Source: Phototrophicaceae bacterium (GTDB taxonomy: Bacteria > Chloroflexota > Anaerolineae > Aggregatilineales > Phototrophicaceae). From it: 64,000 bases of DNA. The notes beneath the pieces are model-generated. The model saw only the letters and a list, made by a program, of their open reading frames with translations. It was not told where the DNA came from and did not search any database. The first letter of the stretch is position 1. Each line of letters starts with the position of its first letter. The position numbers were made by a program, and so were the translations under genes. The stretch covers positions 2,370,871 to 2,434,870 of the forward strand of contig OZ220735.1 of NCBI GenBank assembly GCA_965116975.1, given 5' to 3'. Below, piece by piece: positions 58,427-64,000 of this stretch.

Positions 58427-59671
58427 TTGGCTGCAATTGTTGAAGTCATCGTCGGCATGATCTTCGTGTATATCTTGCTGAGCATCTTGGTAACAGAGAC
58501 AAACTCTCTGATAGCGCGAGCGGCGCGATTGCGTTCGCGCAACCTCCGCAATACCTTGGATGGCATCATACAGGACCCGGTGATGCGCGCCAAAGTGTAT
58601 ACGCATCCGCTCATCCAACTCGTCAAAGCGGAACCGGTGCTGCCGAACCAGCGCATCACCGAGGTGGAAGCGAATACAATCGCCGGCGGCGCGATAGGCA
58701 CGGTCGACTGGATCGAACCGGCAACCTTTGTGGATGTCGTCTTGAAAACGGTGAAAGTTGAATCCGACCAGCAAATGTACGGCGATTTGCTCAATATCAT
58801 TGACGGAATGCCGGCCGGTCCCGAAAGGCGCGGGCTGCGCCTCATGGTCAACCGCGTCATCAGCACGGGCAAGGGCTTGACGGAGTTGCGGCAAGCGCTG
58901 CGATTTGTTCAGCACAGACAGGCGCGCAGCGCGCTTAGCGATGTTTTGAATCAGATAGACGATCAAATCGGACAACTGGGTCTACAGCCCACAAATGACG
59001 CCGCTGTGATGGCTGGCGTGCTGCAAGGCGATAATCCCTATTTCAGAAGCGCGCTGACGGCGGTCATGGCCAGCGCGCAATCCGTGGATGAGGTCCGCAG
59101 CAACCTGGAAAACTGGTTCAACAGCGCGATGGCGCGCGCCAGCGCCAGTTACGCGGCGAAAATGAAAACCTTGTCCGTTTTCGTAGCTTTGGCTATCGCG
59201 CTGGCGGCCAACGTGGATACCTTGCATATCGCCCGCACCTTGTGGGAAGATCCAATCAGGCGCGAGCAAATCAGCAGCGAAGTCAGTTTCTCTGTACAAA
59301 GCGGACAGTTGCAAAGCGAGGTCAATGACGCGGCAGAAGGCGACCAAGGCTATACCGTAAATCAGGCGCAAAGCGATTCTGGCGCGGGAGATGTCATCGG
59401 GACGGGGGCGGAACTGGCTAACAGGCTGCAAGATATTCAAAATCTGCGCTTGCCCATCGGTTGGTTCATGGAAGATCTCGGAATCTATTCCGCCGATCAC
59501 CCGGCGCGCGGCAACCCGAACAATCTATGGAATTATTTTCCCGAAAACAATCCAGACGGTTGGACCGCGCTATTGCTCGGCAAACTGCTGGGTATTGCCG
59601 CTACCGTCATCGCCGCGGCGCAAGGGGCGCCATTCTGGTTTGGCATCGTCAACAGGATACTTTCTCGCTAG
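58427..59671 (+). CDS. Conserved hypothetical membrane protein
   Basis: 414 aa with a TTG start. It has an N-terminal TM helix (VIVGMIFVYILLSILVTE), a long helical soluble region, a mid TM (LSVFVALAIALAANV) and a C-terminal TM (LLGIAATVIAAAQGAPFWF). I recognise no catalytic motif. Confidence 0.6.
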   Translation: MAAIVEVIVGMIFVYILLSILVTETNSLIARAARLRSRNLRNTLDGIIQDPVMRAKVYTHPLIQLVKAEPVLPNQRITEVEANTIAGGAIGTVDWIEPATFVDVVLKTVKVESDQQMYGDLLNIIDGMPAGPERRGLRLMVNRVISTGKGLTELRQALRFVQHRQARSALSDVLNQIDDQIGQLGLQPTNDAAVMAGVLQGDNPYFRSALTAVMASAQSVDEVRSNLENWFNSAMARASASYAAKMKTLSVFVALAIALAANVDTLHIARTLWEDPIRREQISSEVSFSVQSGQLQSEVNDAAEGDQGYTVNQAQSDSGAGDVIGTGAELANRLQDIQNLRLPIGWFMEDLGIYSADHPARGNPNNLWNYFPENNPDGWTALLLGKLLGIAATVIAAAQGAPFWFGIVNRILSR

Positions 59672-59746
59672 TTAAATCGCGTTTTCGCCGAGCGGCTGTC
59701 TATATCCGACAGCAAGCGGGCATGTTATTTTGTTAGAAACTCGCAA

Positions 59747-59775
59747 TTGACATACCCACGGCATTTCCACAAAAT
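59747..59775 (+). promoter_or_regulatory. Candidate sigma70-type promoter for rpoD
   Basis: TTGACA, a 17-nt spacer, then CAAAAT, about 80 nt upstream of the GTG at 59856. Confidence 0.35.
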
Positions 59776-59855
59776 AGGTATTGGTCTCGTCTGCAAATTT
59801 ACAGTCAAATAGAACTATTAAGCTTATTCACCTATACACAGGTAGAGGATTCATC

Positions 59856-61025
<1,170 letters not shown>

Positions 61026-61054
61026 GTGTCACGCTATATTGATTGCGAGCCGAG

Positions 61055-61081
61055 CCGACCAATCGCGCGTCGGTTTTTTTG
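61055..61081 (+). terminator. Intrinsic terminator after rpoD
   Basis: The CCGAC-caatcgcgc-GTCGG hairpin is followed by a run of seven T residues. Confidence 0.6.
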
Positions 61082-61098
61082 TATAAGGCAATAGCCGC

Positions 61099-62295
61099 AT
61101 GTCAGTCGAATTCGAGAAATTGCTCAGCCAACGTACCCTGAGCATGCAAAGCAATGCCATCCGAGAGATTCTCGCGGTCGTTTCTCAACCAGGCATGATA
61201 TCGCTAGCCGGCGGCATACCCGCCCCGCAAAGTTTCCCCCTGGAAGAGCTGTATCGCATCAACGAAACCGTGCTCGATCGCTACGGCGCAAGCGCCCTGC
61301 AATACGACCTGACGGAAGGCTTCACCCCCTTTCGAGAAGCCTTGGCGGACTATCTAGCGGGCAAAGGAGCGCAAGCCAATGCCGAAGATATTTTGGTCTT
61401 CAACGGCTCGCAAAGCGTGCTGGACACCCTTGGCAAAGTCTTGATCAGTCCCGGCGATACCATTGCCTTGGAATCGCCCAGTTACTTGGGCGCGATCAGC
61501 GCTTTCAACGCCTATGAACCGAGATACGTCAATATAGAAACTGATGACCAGGGCATCATTCCCGATTCACTTGTCGAGGTCTTGGAAAAGCGCTCGGTAA
61601 AATTCATTTATCTGGTCTCGACATTTCAAAACCCTACGGGCCGCACGCTGAGCGCGGGGCGGCGCCGAGAAGTGGCGGAGGTCATCCAGCGTTACGAGGC
61701 GCTTGTCATCGAAGACGATCCTTACAGCGATCTTCGTTACCGAGGCGAGCCTATCGCGCCATTTTACAGCTTCGCGCCGGATAATACTGTTTATGTTAGC
61801 ACGGTCTCCAAAGTCTTCGCGCCTGGGCTGCGCCTTGGCTTTTGCATCGCGCCCAAGACGATTCATCACTGGCTGCGCATCGCCAAGCAGGGGGCGGATC
61901 TGCATAGCAATACCTATGCGCAGGCGCTGGCGACAGAGTACATCCGCGGCGGCTACCTGGAGCGGCAACTGCCAAAAATCATCGCGCTCTATCAACCGCG
62001 TCAGGAAGCCATGCTAGCTGCCATGGACCAGTTCATGCCCAAGGGCTATCGCTGGACGAAGCCAGAAGGCGGCATGTTCATCTGGATTGACGGTCCCGAC
62101 GGGGTCGATGCCGAAGAGATCTATTGGAGAGCGGTCGAAGAAAAAGTCGCATTCGTCCCCGGCAAGTACTTTTTCATCGATCAGGCCGCGGGGCTGGGTA
62201 CGATGCGCCTCAACTTCACCATGTCGGATGAAGCCGCCATCGCGCGCGCAATCGAAATTCTCGCCCGCGTCATACGCGAGCGCAACGGCGATTAG
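61099..62295 (+). CDS. PLP-dependent aminotransferase, class I/II (2-aminoadipate/aromatic aminotransferase-like)
   Basis: 398 aa with AIREIL...ISLAGG.P....FP, NPTG, and the STVSKVFAPGLRLGF lysine block. Confidence 0.85.
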   Translation: MSVEFEKLLSQRTLSMQSNAIREILAVVSQPGMISLAGGIPAPQSFPLEELYRINETVLDRYGASALQYDLTEGFTPFREALADYLAGKGAQANAEDILVFNGSQSVLDTLGKVLISPGDTIALESPSYLGAISAFNAYEPRYVNIETDDQGIIPDSLVEVLEKRSVKFIYLVSTFQNPTGRTLSAGRRREVAEVIQRYEALVIEDDPYSDLRYRGEPIAPFYSFAPDNTVYVSTVSKVFAPGLRLGFCIAPKTIHHWLRIAKQGADLHSNTYAQALATEYIRGGYLERQLPKIIALYQPRQEAMLAAMDQFMPKGYRWTKPEGGMFIWIDGPDGVDAEEIYWRAVEEKVAFVPGKYFFIDQAAGLGTMRLNFTMSDEAAIARAIEILARVIRERNGD

Positions 62296-62334
62296 AACAC
62301 TTCACATTTCACCCCTAGGACATAAACTATCTCA

Positions 62335-63579
62335 ATGCCTAATGCGACCAGGGAACTCAAACAGCGCGCAAAGCGTCTTTCTGGCCTCTGGACGCTGGTC
62401 CTGCCATTCTACTTGCCGGCGCTGATGATCACCTTGGGCAACGGGCTGCTCGTGCCTATTTTACCCCTGTATGCCAGCAGTTTTGAAATCGGTTATGGCT
62501 TAATCGGACTGATACTGGCAGGAGAAGGACTGGGAACGTTGGTCGCTGATGTGCCCACCGGCATGCTGCAACAGCGTTTTGGCAACAAACAGGTGATGAT
62601 GATGGGCATGGCATTCACAATGGTTTCCGTCGCCCTGCTCTTCTTCGCGCAATCTGTTTGGGTTGTCTTGCTGCTGCGACTGATAGCCGGTTTCGGACGC
62701 GCGATGTATACCGTATCGGCTCACGTTTACATCACCAACAACGTCAAACTGGAACAGCGCGGCAAGGCGATCTCCATGTATGGCGGGACACATCGCCTTG
62801 GCGGATTTGTGGGTCCCGCCGTCGGCGGCATCGCCGCCGGTCTGCTAGGCTTGCGTTTTGGCTTCCTTCTTTGTGGCGCTGTGACCGCGATTGGCGTCAT
62901 TTGCGTCGCGCTCTACACACGCAATCGCGCGGAAGACACTGAAGCAGCCGGCGCTGCGCAGGGTCATCAGTTGCGCGTGTGGAGCGTGCTGCAGAGCAAC
63001 TATCGCGTGTTGGCGTCGGCGGGCACGGCGCAAGTTTTCGCCCAGACGATTCGCGCGGGCAGGACGGTGATCATCCCCCTATTCGCGGCTGAAACGCTTG
63101 GGCTGGCGGTCGACCAGATCGGGCTGATCGTCAGTCTTTCGGTCGCCATTGATTTCAGCTTGTTTGTCGTAGCGGGCTGGCTGATGGATCGCTACGGACG
63201 AAAATTCGCCATCGTACCCTGCTTCGCGATTCAGGCTTTTGGCATGGCGCTGATTCCGCTGACAACGAGCTTTGGCGGCTTGCTATTCGCAGCCCTTATG
63301 ATCGGCGTCGGCAATGGACTGGGCGCGGGCTCCATGATGACGCTCGGCTCCGACCTATCGCCATCCCAGTCCCGGGGCGAGTTCCTGGGCGTCTGGCGCT
63401 TGATTGGCGACCTGGGGCATACGGGCGCGCCGCTGATGGTCGGCGCCATCGCCGAAATCCTGGCGCTGAGTTCGGCAGTTTGGGTCATCGCCGGTTCCGG
63501 GCTGGCGGCCGCCAGCATCTTCCTGTTTTTTGTCCCGGAAACTTTGAAACGGAAGCAGCCCGTCATCGCGCCATCATGA
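62335..63579 (+). CDS. MFS transporter
   Basis: 414 aa with about 12 predicted TM helices and the MFS loop motif (GWLMDRYGRK). Confidence 0.85.
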   Translation: MPNATRELKQRAKRLSGLWTLVLPFYLPALMITLGNGLLVPILPLYASSFEIGYGLIGLILAGEGLGTLVADVPTGMLQQRFGNKQVMMMGMAFTMVSVALLFFAQSVWVVLLLRLIAGFGRAMYTVSAHVYITNNVKLEQRGKAISMYGGTHRLGGFVGPAVGGIAAGLLGLRFGFLLCGAVTAIGVICVALYTRNRAEDTEAAGAAQGHQLRVWSVLQSNYRVLASAGTAQVFAQTIRAGRTVIIPLFAAETLGLAVDQIGLIVSLSVAIDFSLFVVAGWLMDRYGRKFAIVPCFAIQAFGMALIPLTTSFGGLLFAALMIGVGNGLGAGSMMTLGSDLSPSQSRGEFLGVWRLIGDLGHTGAPLMVGAIAEILALSSAVWVIAGSGLAAASIFLFFVPETLKRKQPVIAPS

Positions 63580-63637
63580 GGCATTTTCTTTAATCAAGCG
63601 AAAAACTATCGCTTTACAACCGCCAAGTAATTCTCAG

Positions 63638-64000
63638 ATGCTGCAAAAGCTCAACACCCTGAATCTTAGCTGGCCCCTGGACACAGCAGAGTTGTTTCCA
63701 GAATCTCGACCGCTGCTGGTGGAGATTGGATTCGGCAATGGCGACTATCTTGTCAATCTGGCGGCGACACGCCCAGGCAACAATGTCATCGGCTTGGAGA
63801 TCTCTAGCCAGGCAATGGACAAAGCCGAACATAAGATCAGCAAACTTGGGCTAAGTAATGTTCGTCCAATTCATGCGACGGCGGAAACAGCTCTGGCGCA
63901 TTTGCTCTCGCCCGCGTCCGTGTGCGAGTTTCATATCAATTTTCCCGATCCCTGGTTCAAGAAGAAACACAGCCGCCGCCGACTAATCAAGCGCGAGACG
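63638..64000 (+). CDS. trmB: tRNA (guanine-N7)-methyltransferase; 3' end lies outside the window
   Basis: This gene is not in the ORF track because no stop is reached. From ATG 63638 the frame is open to base 64000: MLQKLNTLNLSWPLDTAELFPESRPLLVEIGFGNGDYL...FHINFPDPWFKKKHSRRRLIKRET. SAM motif EIGFGNG and FPDPW.KK.H..RRL are the TrmB signature. Confidence 0.85.
   Translation, partial: MLQKLNTLNLSWPLDTAELFPESRPLLVEIGFGNGDYLVNLAATRPGNNVIGLEISSQAMDKAEHKISKLGLSNVRPIHATAETALAHLLSPASVCEFHINFPDPWFKKKHSRRRLIKRET

Overview
The window is a gene-dense chromosomal segment in which I call 60 protein-coding genes, with no rRNA, tRNA or CRISPR. All family calls are by-eye motif recognition, because no searches could be run. 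Gene content in order:
- 1-2.9 kb: a truncated YgjP-like peptidase, an F420-type LLM oxidoreductase, a GNAT and a pentapeptide-repeat protein.
- 3.0-11.2 kb: etfBA and a six-gene group-2 Mrp Na+/H+ antiporter operon with fused MrpA-B.
- 11.2-17.4 kb: a DUF368 membrane protein, a SAM-I riboswitch controlling metK plus a methyltransferase, folE, fused folB-folK and a BY-kinase homologue.
- 17.7-26.7 kb: a cell-envelope glycan cluster (long-form RmlA, a Cof-type HAD, RmlB, an unknown membrane protein, RmlD, two GT2, rnhB, a GT4 and a Wzz-like protein).
- 26.8-40.1 kb: an SDR, bactofilin, lipA, two orphan ABC ATPases, comEA, a phosphoribosyltransferase, RNase J, an ArnC-like GT2 / WecD-like / WecE operon preceded by a formyltransferase C-terminal-domain-only ORF, and icd.
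- 40.2-53.5 kb: a glycan-utilisation locus with an Opp-type ABC importer that has a GH2 gene embedded in it, a divergent family-5 binding protein, a second paralogous GH2 and a GH29 fucosidase.
- 53.6-64.0 kb: a TPR membrane protein, arsRC, modAB, two membrane proteins, rpoD, an aminotransferase, an MFS transporter and a truncated trmB.

The strongest signals not explained by ORFs are:
- A 255-bp MITE-like element present twice (249/255 identical) in inverted orientation. Each copy has terminal inverted repeats and 10-11 bp target-site duplications, and the pair brackets about 22 kb.
- A separate 200-bp nested-palindrome element.
- The SAM-I riboswitch with its terminator.

I found no recognisable defence, toxin or other self-contained novel multi-gene system. 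The most unusual functional prediction is an Arn-like route that would load a 4-acetamido-4,6-dideoxyhexose onto a polyprenyl phosphate.
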